Virus record (IMG/VR): IMGVR_UViG_3300012983_000038
Span: 1 to 64,000 of that record
Strand: one strand, 5' to 3'
DNA length: 64,000 bases
From: a virus
Lineage: Duplodnaviria > Caudoviricetes
Made by a program: the position numbers and the translations under genes. Positions 48,321 through 57,971 of this stretch are shown here, piece by piece. The notes beneath the pieces were generated by a model. That model made no database searches. It had not been told where the DNA came from and saw only the letters and a program-made list of their open reading frames with translations. The first letter of the stretch is position 1. Each line of letters begins with the position of its first letter.

Positions 48321-50828
48321 ATGTATGTAAATTTAGGAAATATAGAATTGTACAGGAATAATTCTAGTGGTATAAATGACTGGATGATATTATCTGAAGT
48401 AGTAGATTCCGGAATGTCGTATGAAAAGCCGGTATATGTTAGGACTATTGAGGAGTTAGATTCATGGTTTGGCAAGGAGTTTAGTTCTTATAGTTACTTT
48501 AGAGAGTTACTATCATCTAGAGTTACTTTATATTTGTACAAGCCTATATCAACTAAAGACTATAAATCAGAGGACTATATTGACTACTCTAATTTCTTTG
48601 ATTATACGAATATTACTTTATATTCTGAAGACGTAAAGATATTAGAGCTGCTGAAAAATGACTCTAGTAATTGTATTATCAGGGTTGTAGACGGCGGTTC
48701 TAATTTCTATGCGTTAGATGAAAATAAGAAGTTTTATGGAATTAGGGAGAATGAGATAGGGGATCGAGTAGTAATAAATGAAGAAAATCCGATACCTAGA
48801 CATAGACTTCCTGATTTTGAGAAAGTGTTAAGTGAATTAGGAGGAATATCTAAATACAAGTTGGAAGGTGATTCTGAGATTTACATATGGACAGATATTG
48901 AAAACGATGGATTTTACAGTTTTATGGGAGTTAGTAATCTTCCTCAAAATGTAGAAAAGTTATCAAGTTCATTAAGTAATAGGGATACGTTATTGATTTT
49001 TAATAATAGAAGTATAATAAAGGAAGTTCACCCTCAATTAGACAAGAGTTTAGATTTTACTCGATTTGATGATGTGCCTGAAATAAAACTGAATGAATCA
49101 TACTTAAAATACGTAGATTCAAGTAAGTTAGAAGAGGGTACACAGACATTTGCTATAGACATTTACCATTTATACTCACCTTTTACAGAAATTAATACTG
49201 AGTCTGGGTATATAGTAGTTCCATCAGTAAAGAATGTTCGTGAAGTTAATGGTGAGTTAGTATATGATAATTACTTGTATGTATTTAATGGAGATACTAG
49301 TTGGCAGAATTCAGTTAAAGAAGATTATTATATTTCGAAGATAGATATTAATAATTTTGATCAATTTGTAGATTCATTGAGTGATATTGGGTATTTTATT
49401 AGGAGGGAAAAAGATGAAAATGGCCAATCTAAGTTAATAGCTGTATCAGATGTAGTAATACCTGTGAGAAAGTATTATAATTTAGATAACATTTCTATAT
49501 ATGTTCGACCAAGTAAGGAGATATCTGATAAAATATTAAGTAATTATTTTATAGGCAATAAGGAGTCAGGGATTAGGTTTTATAGTAAGACCATTGGAGT
49601 AGGTTCAGAGGTAGATGAAAGTTCTAAAATAAAAGTAAAAGTAGAGTATTCAAGTTCAGAGGCCAATAGATGTAGAATAGTTATAACCAGGTACGGATAT
49701 AGTGAAGTATTTGAAGGGCCGTTAAGTAGTGATAAGTTAGGAGAGGAGAGGTTAGATTATAAAATATCTAAGGAGTCCAAGCTAGTTTATTGTGAATTTG
49801 GTGCAAGTTTAGATACAAAGTTAGATTATAGTGGGGAATATAAGTTAACGGGAGCAAAGAAGGAGCTATATAGTCCTGACATGTATTTGAAGTCTTTAGA
49901 TTCTATATTTAATGAGTCATCTACGTCAGCTAATATAGATTTCTTTTTAGTACCGAATAAGTATAAATATTTCGACATTAATAAGACGAATAAATATATT
50001 GGATACTACGAGATTTACGAAACTTTTTTAAAATACGCTAAAAATAATAAGTGTCAATTTTTAATAGAGAATATTGGACAGCCTGCAGATAAAATAGAGA
50101 CAGTAGATAGGATTCCGTCAACAGAGGATGGTAAGTCTGGAGTAGTATATTATGTTCCTAGTTTAGACATGTACTCTACTATATTGAACGGAGTAATGAA
50201 AATTTTAATCAATAGGCCTGTAATATCGATAATCAAAAATGGAGGGGATTATATATTCAACTATAACAAGGATAAAGAAAATTGGTTAGTATATTTTCAT
50301 CGATCTATGTTAATTAGTGGAAGAATAAAGAGACCTGGATATTATTTATTCTTAAAGAGCATTTTATATAATAAGTTTGGGGAATCGGAGAACAGAATAC
50401 TTTATACATCTAGCATAAATGATAATGATCCCTACGAGTATCAGAAAATAGAGGGACAATTTGAGAAGTACAAGAGCAATTTTCTGACAAATAATAATCA
50501 CATGTACTATTATAAGAAATACTTTAATGGTTCAGATTATACTACTACAATTTGGATGAGATTTGTTATTAGTAAAATTTTCAGAGAGTTAGATAAGAAC
50601 AAGTGGAGATTACTGTCAACTAATTATGTAGGCAAGACTAGGGATATATTGTCGTCTATAATGAGTAATATAAAGAATTCATTTTCGATAGTAGATGACA
50701 TTAATATTACAGAATTTAGTCCTACACAAAATACAAATTCGTTAAAGATTGGTATTGAGACGAAGGTAAATGACTTAATAGATAATGATATTGAGTTAGA
50801 TATTACAATTAATTATAACACTTATTAA
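48321..50828 (+). CDS. second, divergent tail sheath-like protein
   Basis: KPVYVRTIEELDSWFG (sheath N-terminal motif), IRFYSKTIG, C-terminal WMRFVISKIFREL...LKIGIETKV...IELDITIN; directly upstream of the tube gene. Confidence 0.7.
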   Translation: MYVNLGNIELYRNNSSGINDWMILSEVVDSGMSYEKPVYVRTIEELDSWFGKEFSSYSYFRELLSSRVTLYLYKPISTKDYKSEDYIDYSNFFDYTNITLYSEDVKILELLKNDSSNCIIRVVDGGSNFYALDENKKFYGIRENEIGDRVVINEENPIPRHRLPDFEKVLSELGGISKYKLEGDSEIYIWTDIENDGFYSFMGVSNLPQNVEKLSSSLSNRDTLLIFNNRSIIKEVHPQLDKSLDFTRFDDVPEIKLNESYLKYVDSSKLEEGTQTFAIDIYHLYSPFTEINTESGYIVVPSVKNVREVNGELVYDNYLYVFNGDTSWQNSVKEDYYISKIDINNFDQFVDSLSDIGYFIRREKDENGQSKLIAVSDVVIPVRKYYNLDNISIYVRPSKEISDKILSNYFIGNKESGIRFYSKTIGVGSEVDESSKIKVKVEYSSSEANRCRIVITRYGYSEVFEGPLSSDKLGEERLDYKISKESKLVYCEFGASLDTKLDYSGEYKLTGAKKELYSPDMYLKSLDSIFNESSTSANIDFFLVPNKYKYFDINKTNKYIGYYEIYETFLKYAKNNKCQFLIENIGQPADKIETVDRIPSTEDGKSGVVYYVPSLDMYSTILNGVMKILINRPVISIIKNGGDYIFNYNKDKENWLVYFHRSMLISGRIKRPGYYLFLKSILYNKFGESENRILYTSSINDNDPYEYQKIEGQFEKYKSNFLTNNNHMYYYKKYFNGSDYTTTIWMRFVISKIFRELDKNKWRLLSTNYVGKTRDILSSIMSNIKNSFSIVDDINITEFSPTQNTNSLKIGIETKVNDLIDNDIELDITINYNTY

Positions 50829-50845
50829 TAAATTTTTTAACAGTT

Positions 50846-51445
50846 ATGGCAAAGAAATCGAACACTGTTACTAGTTTGGTCAGATCTAGTGACATGCATA
50901 TGAAGTTTGTAGATTACCATGAGTCATATAGAGAGAACAATAAAGAGTTTCTAAGAGGTGATTTGTGGCAATTTGACTTTGTAAATCCTCCAAAATTAGC
51001 ATACTATCCAGGAGATGATATTATTCACAAGCGATTGAATACAGTAAATATTGCAACAGATAGTAGTGTTAATGGATTTGAGAAGAGAATGCGAGGTAAC
51101 TACGTAATTAGACAACAGACGGGACAATCTACTGCAGGAAGCTTGGCACTCTCATTCATTGACAGGGAAGATCAAGCTATTTCATTCTTTGTAGATGATT
51201 GGAAGCAGAAGGTAGCAGATAGAGATACTAAGTACTCATTTAGAAAAGAGGATTTAGTATGTGACTGTGAGATGTTTATTCTTAATTCATCTCGTGTTGA
51301 TGTTAGACACTTAGAGTTTTATAATTGCAGTTTGGTAGATGCTCCATTAGACGAGAGTGGTATTGATGCAGATGGTTCAGATAGATCAGATGTACAAGTA
51401 AGTATGGCATTTGAACATTACTCTCGTGAATTCTTAAATGTATAA
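50846..51445 (+). CDS. tail tube protein (T4 gp19-like)
   Basis: 199 aa; LWQFDF...GSLALSFID...FVDDWKQ...LEFYNC...VQVSMAFEHY pattern. Confidence 0.85.
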   Translation: MAKKSNTVTSLVRSSDMHMKFVDYHESYRENNKEFLRGDLWQFDFVNPPKLAYYPGDDIIHKRLNTVNIATDSSVNGFEKRMRGNYVIRQQTGQSTAGSLALSFIDREDQAISFFVDDWKQKVADRDTKYSFRKEDLVCDCEMFILNSSRVDVRHLEFYNCSLVDAPLDESGIDADGSDRSDVQVSMAFEHYSREFLNV

Positions 51446-51549
51446 TAATTAAATAAAGGGAGAATTATAAGGAGGGGTAGTATATAAATTACTCTTCCTT
51501 TCCTCTCTTAAATTAAGTTAAGGAAGTAAAATAATAGATAGTTTTTGTT

Positions 51550-52308
51550 ATGGAAATTTTAGTAAGTCAATTACCTAGCGGAGGTTATGGATATGATTTC
51601 CCTAGTATTAGTATTAAACCCATGTCATTTTTAGATATGGTTAAATATATGGAGTCTGTTCCTGAGGGTAAGATAGAGAAGTATATATATGATATTAAAT
51701 TATTGATAGCTGAGGATAGTAACATCAATAATTGTTATGTAATGGACTTAGATTTTTTAATTTTCTATAAAAAGTTAATATCTGTATCTAGTGACATGAC
51801 ATATAATCTCACTGTAAACTGTTCTAATTGTGGAAAGTCTATTAGAAAGAGGATTTCACTAGATAAAGATATACAATTTAATCAGATAGATCCAAACTTA
51901 ATGAATGGAGCTAGAATTGAGTTGTGTGGAAATGAATATGATACAAAAGTTCCTACAGTTAAGGATTTTTTAGAAGTATTAGGCACTGTACAGAGACATA
52001 AATCTGTGAATGACTTAGATATTATTAAAACGATGTCTATAATAGGTGACTTTTCTACACAAGGTAATGCAATACAGAAAGATGTTTTAAATGCAACACA
52101 CGAAGATATTACATTACTTATTGCATTAAAAGAATTATATTTTGACAGATTAGATCCGATTAAAGTAAGTTGTCCGAGTTGTAATAAAGAAGGTAATACA
52201 GAAGAAAGGAGGGTAATGACAGTAAGCGTAAATTCACTTATTGTCGATTTCTTTCGAGATATCTGTGACAATTGCCCAATTAATGGATCTAAAATTCTTT
52301 TTAAATAA
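51550..52308 (+). CDS. baseplate hub assembly / tail assembly chaperone (T4 gp26-like)
   Basis: LPSGG...IKPMS, CSNC and CPSC zinc motifs, ...VDFF; between the tube and tape-measure genes. Confidence 0.7.
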   Translation: MEILVSQLPSGGYGYDFPSISIKPMSFLDMVKYMESVPEGKIEKYIYDIKLLIAEDSNINNCYVMDLDFLIFYKKLISVSSDMTYNLTVNCSNCGKSIRKRISLDKDIQFNQIDPNLMNGARIELCGNEYDTKVPTVKDFLEVLGTVQRHKSVNDLDIIKTMSIIGDFSTQGNAIQKDVLNATHEDITLLIALKELYFDRLDPIKVSCPSCNKEGNTEERRVMTVSVNSLIVDFFRDICDNCPINGSKILFK

Positions 52309-52651
52309 GTTTTTGAAAGTAGATAATATTGAACATTATACATTTAAGACATTATTAGAGCTCAAGAATTGCTATGAAGATTTTATGGAGAAGTCAGAAG
52401 GTAGTGATCCAGATTTCCCTATGTCTAATTTTGGAGGTACTAAAGGTGCCAAGGTAGGAGGTATGAACATTCACAGACTCGATGATGAAGAGCGTGAAGA
52501 GTTTAAGGAGCGCATAGTTAATAAAGAAACGGGAAAAGTAAATAGATCTGAAAAACCTGAGGCAAAAGAAGAGTACTATGAAGACAAAAGAAAGAAGATG
52601 AGTAGCGAAGAGAGAGCTTTACAATTTCTTAAAAACAATAATTTGAGATGA
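52283..52651 (+). CDS. gp51/GT-like chaperone partner (ATG 52283, or reached by +1 frameshift)
   Basis: Overlaps the previous gene in the +1 frame; lies immediately before the tape-measure gene. Confidence 0.6.
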   Translation: MDLKFFLNKFLKVDNIEHYTFKTLLELKNCYEDFMEKSEGSDPDFPMSNFGGTKGAKVGGMNIHRLDDEEREEFKERIVNKETGKVNRSEKPEAKEEYYEDKRKKMSSEERALQFLKNNNLR

Positions 52652-55600
52652 GTCAGGGTCAGAACGAATTAGATAACAGGACAAATCAGATAATTTCTGG
52701 TAAAGCTGCTAATGGAAATGATTATGCTGGATTACAAGCTGCGCAACAACAGCTTATGGCAATTCAAGCAGAGCAGCGACAAAATTTAAATGTTGCTAGG
52801 GCAGAGGCTAATAATCTAAGTGCTCAAAGGAATATATTAGCTCAGGCAGGTGCAATGGCTGCAATGACATCCCAAGCTAATCAAGGTGGTCCAGTTCAAG
52901 GAAGACCATTAGTAGTTAATCCTGCTACTCAAGCTGTTCTAGGAAAATTTGGAGTAGGTCAACCGAAAACTATTAGATCACAAAATCAACAAGTTACTCC
53001 TCAAAATGTAGTAATAAATAATAACTATACTACTAATAATAATGTTACTGTCCCTGCTAATATTGGAGGACCGATTCAAGGTAGGCCACTTCAATTTAAT
53101 AAGCCACAAGAGGATAGTATGGGTAAGTTCAGAAATTGGATGAATGCTGCCCTAGCTAAACAAAGTGAGGAGGCCCAGAAAAGAGATCAAGAGTATATTA
53201 GGAGAGAATGGTCTTTGACTAGATCTGCTAATAAAGTAATTAAAAAGATAGAGGATTATGCTAAATCATTTGGAGAAAAAATTGATCCAAAGAGAATTGG
53301 TTCTACTATCGGATCTCAAATTAAGTCTATATTATTAATTTTCGGACTTGGTGTATTATCTGCTAACTGGAAGAAGATATTAACAACGGTAGCCAAAATT
53401 GAAAGAAATATTAGAGGCTTTGCGGATTATTTAGGTATTTTTAGTGATGATCCTGGAAAATCTAGATTCCATAAACACGTAATTAAACTTCTAGGTGGTA
53501 CTGATGAAGATGAGAATGCTTACGTTGCCTTAAAGAAGTTGTTTGTTGGAGATGGAAGTGGTAAAGATGGTGGCGGAGTATTTGGAACTGTTAAAATGTA
53601 CTTCGAGGATCTCATTGCAGATAGAAAGAATGCAGTTGAAAAAGCCTTATCTGACAAACCAAAGGTAGGATTAAATGTTGCTGATTCATTAGGAAATATT
53701 GCTAATTATATTGGTGGTATTATTAGTGCAGCATTTACGGGAAGTAAAGGTTTAGCCAACTCTACTGGAACTAAGATTGCTAATGAAGGTAGGGCTGAGG
53801 CTTCTAGAGAATTTTCCACTCAATCTTATCGTAATGGAGGTAGCTTTAGAACAGATAGTGGTGAAATGGTTGATACTACGATAGGTGTTGGTTCTCACTT
53901 AGCTGGAAATAGTAGTGGTAGATTCTTTGAAGGCATGTACAATAAGAATTCAAATGAGTATAGTGTCGGATTAGGATCAGATATTACTAGATTGATTAGT
54001 GATGCTCAAAAAGGTCATGTAAAAACTAATCAAATGGCTGCTACTATGATTGACTTACAAAATGCTGCCAGAAATAGAGAATATGTTGCTGTTCCTACTT
54101 CATTAGTTGACAGTCTATTTTCTGCTAAAGAGGTTGCGAATTTCAAGAGACAGAAGATGGTTCGTGATGCATTCTTTAGGGTAGTAGCAGTTAAAAAGTC
54201 AGCTAAGCAAAGAGAATTAGATAAGGCAATATACGAAACTCAATATCACGCTGAGTATGCTGAAGGTGTAGGTTTTGTTGGTGATCTTGGAGTTACGGCG
54301 GCATTATCTACTGTAACTGCTGGATTAGGATCAGTAGGAGTAGCTGCTAAAGTTGCTTCAAATTCAAGTAAAGTTGCTAATTTTGTTGGTGGTACAGTAA
54401 AGAAAATTAAAGGAGCTAGAGCAGCGGCAGCAGCTAGAAGTGCAACAGCTAAAGGTATTGGTAAAATTAAGACGGCAGGTAATGTTGCTAAAAAGGCTGC
54501 TGGAGTAGGCACAATGGCATATTATACTGCAGATAATACTATAGATAATTTCAATGAATCTGCGGTAGCTATTAAAGAAAGTAGATTAAGAGATAAGTCA
54601 GAATCTAGCTTTATTAATAGATTGATTGGTGCAGATTATAGTAAATTTGCAAACTTCGCATCTGAATATACTACAGAGATTAGACGAGTTCCACCAAAAG
54701 AAGCAGGCGGAAAGGACGTATATCATCTTTACGAAATTAATTATGCAATGGTCCAGGAAATTAACAAGAGATTATCTGGACAATATGATGCCTCTACTGA
54801 TAATGCTGACTTCTTTACTGGACTTGAACAGAATCTACTAGGAATGAGTGGTTCTAAGGAAATCTATATTACTGGAGGAAAAACACAGGCTGAAACTTGG
54901 GAAGATTACAACAATATGGTAGCTGAAAAAGAGTCTAGAGATCAATTAAGAGAAGCAAATTCAGAGAAAAATGAAAGAGCACAGAGATCTAAGGAGGCTA
55001 TTGGAGAAGTTGTTGGAAATGTTACTAATGCAGCTAAGGAATATGGTAATAAAGTAAAAGATGCATTAATAGAAAAAGGAAAAGAGGCTGCTGCTAATGC
55101 TGAGGCTGGTGCATATAACATGAAACAGAACCTTAATAATTGGGTAAAGAACGGTAAGCCAAAAGAGGGTGACGATAATTATTACTACGGCGGATCTTCT
55201 TCATCATCATCTAGCAGCTCAAGTTCTCCTAGCAATCAAACTAATGGAAAAGGATCAATTATCAGTAATAGATACGTCAATACAGATAGAATGACTAAGG
55301 CTATAGATTACTTGAAAAAAGAGCTGGGAATTAATGATGTACAAGCCGCCGGTATTGTAGGTTGTTTATATGCAGAATCTCACTTGAATCCAGAATCTAT
55401 TAATAAAGATGAGAAAGCAGGTGGAAATCCTAATGTAGACAAAAATTATTACGGAGCTGGATTACCTCACTGGACACATAAGGAGAGAAAAGATAAAATT
55501 CTTAGCTACTTACAAGAAACTTCAAAGACTAAGGGAACAAAGATAGAAGATTTTGGATTTGAAGACCAATTAAGAGCTGTTGCATGGGAAATTAAAAATG

Positions 55601-56148
55601 ATAGGAAAACATTCTTAAAAGTACTAAAAGAAAAGCAAACTGTAGAAGATGCTGCCGATGCTACGTTAAGAGGGTATGAAAATGGTACTACTGATAAACT
55701 AGCAACTGTAGATAATATGGGTTGGAAAAGATGGAGTGAAGGAATGTACGATAGAACTAATGGTCGAGGTCATCATGCACTAAAGGCTATTCAAGTATAT
55801 AATGAAGATTCTAATGGTGGATCCCCTCAATTTACTTACTCTAATAATGTAAACCCTACTAGCATATCAGTTAATAAAGGTGGAAATTCTAGTAGTCAAT
55901 CAAGCAGCTCAACAGACGTAGCAAGAACTGTTAGTAATATTGATAACGTTTCTAATACTGACATCTTAGTTAGCATGAATAATAATCTAGTTAATATTAG
56001 TTCTAAGCTAGATTACGGTAATGAGATAGCTAGAGTTAATACAGAAGTTGCAGCCGCTCAAGTAGATGCTATTAATAATTCTAATGGTTCTAAAAGTGTG
56101 GCAACTCATTTAGCAAAAAAAGAGGTAATCCGTAGCAAAACAAGTTAA
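52648..56148 (+). CDS. tape-measure-like protein with C-terminal phage tail lysozyme domain
   Basis: A/Q-rich helical body; AAGIVGCLYAES.LNP...GAGLPHWT..RK (phage tail lysozyme-type motif). Confidence 0.85.
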   Translation: MSQGQNELDNRTNQIISGKAANGNDYAGLQAAQQQLMAIQAEQRQNLNVARAEANNLSAQRNILAQAGAMAAMTSQANQGGPVQGRPLVVNPATQAVLGKFGVGQPKTIRSQNQQVTPQNVVINNNYTTNNNVTVPANIGGPIQGRPLQFNKPQEDSMGKFRNWMNAALAKQSEEAQKRDQEYIRREWSLTRSANKVIKKIEDYAKSFGEKIDPKRIGSTIGSQIKSILLIFGLGVLSANWKKILTTVAKIERNIRGFADYLGIFSDDPGKSRFHKHVIKLLGGTDEDENAYVALKKLFVGDGSGKDGGGVFGTVKMYFEDLIADRKNAVEKALSDKPKVGLNVADSLGNIANYIGGIISAAFTGSKGLANSTGTKIANEGRAEASREFSTQSYRNGGSFRTDSGEMVDTTIGVGSHLAGNSSGRFFEGMYNKNSNEYSVGLGSDITRLISDAQKGHVKTNQMAATMIDLQNAARNREYVAVPTSLVDSLFSAKEVANFKRQKMVRDAFFRVVAVKKSAKQRELDKAIYETQYHAEYAEGVGFVGDLGVTAALSTVTAGLGSVGVAAKVASNSSKVANFVGGTVKKIKGARAAAAARSATAKGIGKIKTAGNVAKKAAGVGTMAYYTADNTIDNFNESAVAIKESRLRDKSESSFINRLIGADYSKFANFASEYTTEIRRVPPKEAGGKDVYHLYEINYAMVQEINKRLSGQYDASTDNADFFTGLEQNLLGMSGSKEIYITGGKTQAETWEDYNNMVAEKESRDQLREANSEKNERAQRSKEAIGEVVGNVTNAAKEYGNKVKDALIEKGKEAAANAEAGAYNMKQNLNNWVKNGKPKEGDDNYYYGGSSSSSSSSSSSPSNQTNGKGSIISNRYVNTDRMTKAIDYLKKELGINDVQAAGIVGCLYAESHLNPESINKDEKAGGNPNVDKNYYGAGLPHWTHKERKDKILSYLQETSKTKGTKIEDFGFEDQLRAVAWEIKNDRKTFLKVLKEKQTVEDAADATLRGYENGTTDKLATVDNMGWKRWSEGMYDRTNGRGHHALKAIQVYNEDSNGGSPQFTYSNNVNPTSISVNKGGNSSSQSSSSTDVARTVSNIDNVSNTDILVSMNNNLVNISSKLDYGNEIARVNTEVAAAQVDAINNSNGSKSVATHLAKKEVIRSKTS

Positions 56149-56153
56149 ATTTT

Positions 56154-57578
56154 ATGAAAGTTAGTAATAATAAACATGGGTGGTACTATGACAATGATCT
56201 AAAAAACCCGATAACTTGCTGTTCTCTTCATCCTAATGCTTGCAGATATACTTACACTACTTATGATACAGAAACTCAACGAACTATAGAAGGCGATCAG
56301 AAAATTTATGGACCTGAATGGATGAGTATACCAGAAAGAGACTTGTTACTAGATGAAAGAGAACATAATAACGTATATAGTTCTCCTTCTAGGGCTAACT
56401 ATGGCTATTCAAAGTATCCAATCTGTAGAAGTATTTTAGCTGAGGATTTTAATGTTACTATTGTTAATGAGTGGACAGATTTTGGAGGAGATATTTTTGG
56501 TAATGTATGGAATGAGTTTAAACCACTTGCTCCATTTGCCAATAAAATCGTTAATACTCTATCTGATATGGAAGAAGCTCAGAATAATATGACACCTGAA
56601 GAAAATAATTTAGTAGATAGTCATTATAGTTCTAGTTTCTTAAAGCAGTTAACAGTAGATCTTAAAAATGCAGGAGAAGATATTCAAGATTACCTAAATA
56701 GATCTCTTGTAGTACAGGGAGCTAGATTCTCTTATTATAATGGTACTGGTCTTGAGTTCTCTAATTTAGGAATGAGATTTACTATATTTCCTGAATGGCG
56801 TAAAGAAGGTGATAGATGGGTATTTAAATCAGTTATTGATCAAGTTGAAGAAATTTATCCGTATGTAGTAGGTGAATTTAAAAACGTTAGCGAGGATTAT
56901 ACTGATACTTCTAATAAACTTGGAGCACTAGTGAATAAAATTGTTGATACTACTAAAGACGCTTCTGGTATTGATATAAGCAAAGGTATTAGTAATGTCA
57001 AAGAGCTTATTTCATGGCAACTTCCTCCTGGTGGTTTTAAGGCAGATGTTAGAAATGTAGATAGTACTCAATTTGGAACTTTATTGCTTAGATTAGGTCC
57101 TTTTTATGAACTGAGAAATCTAGTAATAAGTAATGCCAGCTTCAGTTATTCTAAGCAAATGGTAAAAAATCCAGTTTTATATGGAAAAAATCTTAGCAAC
57201 TCCTCTAGATCAGCTATATCAGGAGTAGGAGGTGGAGATGTATTATTTAGTCCATTATATTGTGACGTCAACCTAGTATTAAAACCTGCCACAAAATATT
57301 CAGATGTAAGTTTGAAGAAGTTTGCAGCAGGAGCAGGTAGAACATATGACAAGGTTATTACACACGATACAATGCTAGGAAAATTGGCTAACATAGAAAA
57401 TAGCTACAAGACGGGATTATATAAACCACCTACACCTAAGAAGAGTGAGGATAAAGGTACTAAGGATAAGAATAAGGAAACTAATTTATCAGCATTAGGA
57501 ATAGGTGGAGGTATTGGTGCAGGAACTGGTGCAGCAGGGATTGGTTTAGGAGGATTAACTGGAAAGGATAAAGGATAA
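56154..57578 (+). CDS. baseplate / tail-tube initiator (gp48/gp54-like)
   Basis: Tube-fold pattern (MRFTIFP...LVISNASFSYS...PLYCDVNLVLKP); follows the tape-measure gene. Confidence 0.6.
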   Translation: MKVSNNKHGWYYDNDLKNPITCCSLHPNACRYTYTTYDTETQRTIEGDQKIYGPEWMSIPERDLLLDEREHNNVYSSPSRANYGYSKYPICRSILAEDFNVTIVNEWTDFGGDIFGNVWNEFKPLAPFANKIVNTLSDMEEAQNNMTPEENNLVDSHYSSSFLKQLTVDLKNAGEDIQDYLNRSLVVQGARFSYYNGTGLEFSNLGMRFTIFPEWRKEGDRWVFKSVIDQVEEIYPYVVGEFKNVSEDYTDTSNKLGALVNKIVDTTKDASGIDISKGISNVKELISWQLPPGGFKADVRNVDSTQFGTLLLRLGPFYELRNLVISNASFSYSKQMVKNPVLYGKNLSNSSRSAISGVGGGDVLFSPLYCDVNLVLKPATKYSDVSLKKFAAGAGRTYDKVITHDTMLGKLANIENSYKTGLYKPPTPKKSEDKGTKDKNKETNLSALGIGGGIGAGTGAAGIGLGGLTGKDKG

Positions 57579-57580
57579 AA

Positions 57581-57889
57581 ATGTACAGAAGAAGTAAAAC
57601 ATTGAACTCGGAATTTGAAGATCTGAGTAATTATATAGAAGGCAGTGATGTATATAATTCTGTGTTATTAACGGCAATATCAGATCCAAATTTATATAAC
57701 GAGACCTATGAGATAACTGTATATGAGTATCGTCCAGATCTAATAGCCAAGGATTTTTATGGATCTAGTAAATATTTAGGATTATTATTAGTACAGTGTC
57801 CGCCAGGTTTAGATACATATAAGCGAGGTAATAGATTGAAGTTAATATCTAAGACTACGTTAGATAATATACTGTCAAAGATTAAATAA
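57581..57889 (+). CDS. baseplate wedge LysM-like protein (gp53-like)
   Basis: YEITVYEYRPDLIAKDFYGS motif. Confidence 0.8.
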   Translation: MYRRSKTLNSEFEDLSNYIEGSDVYNSVLLTAISDPNLYNETYEITVYEYRPDLIAKDFYGSSKYLGLLLVQCPPGLDTYKRGNRLKLISKTTLDNILSKIK

Positions 57890-57896
57890 GAAAATA

Positions 57897-57951
57897 GCCC
57901 ATGAGAGAATTGCAATAAGATTCTATAGTTCGATCTGCTCATGGGTACTAA
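57897..57951 (+). ncRNA. 50-nt structured RNA motif, copy 4 (most divergent)
   Basis: GCCCAUGAG/CUCAUGGGU, AGAAUU/GAUUCU, UAG-UUCGAU-CUG, ACUAA; same lengths as copies 1-3. Confidence 0.75.
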
Positions 57952-57971
57952 GAAAGGAGGGAAAATAATAG

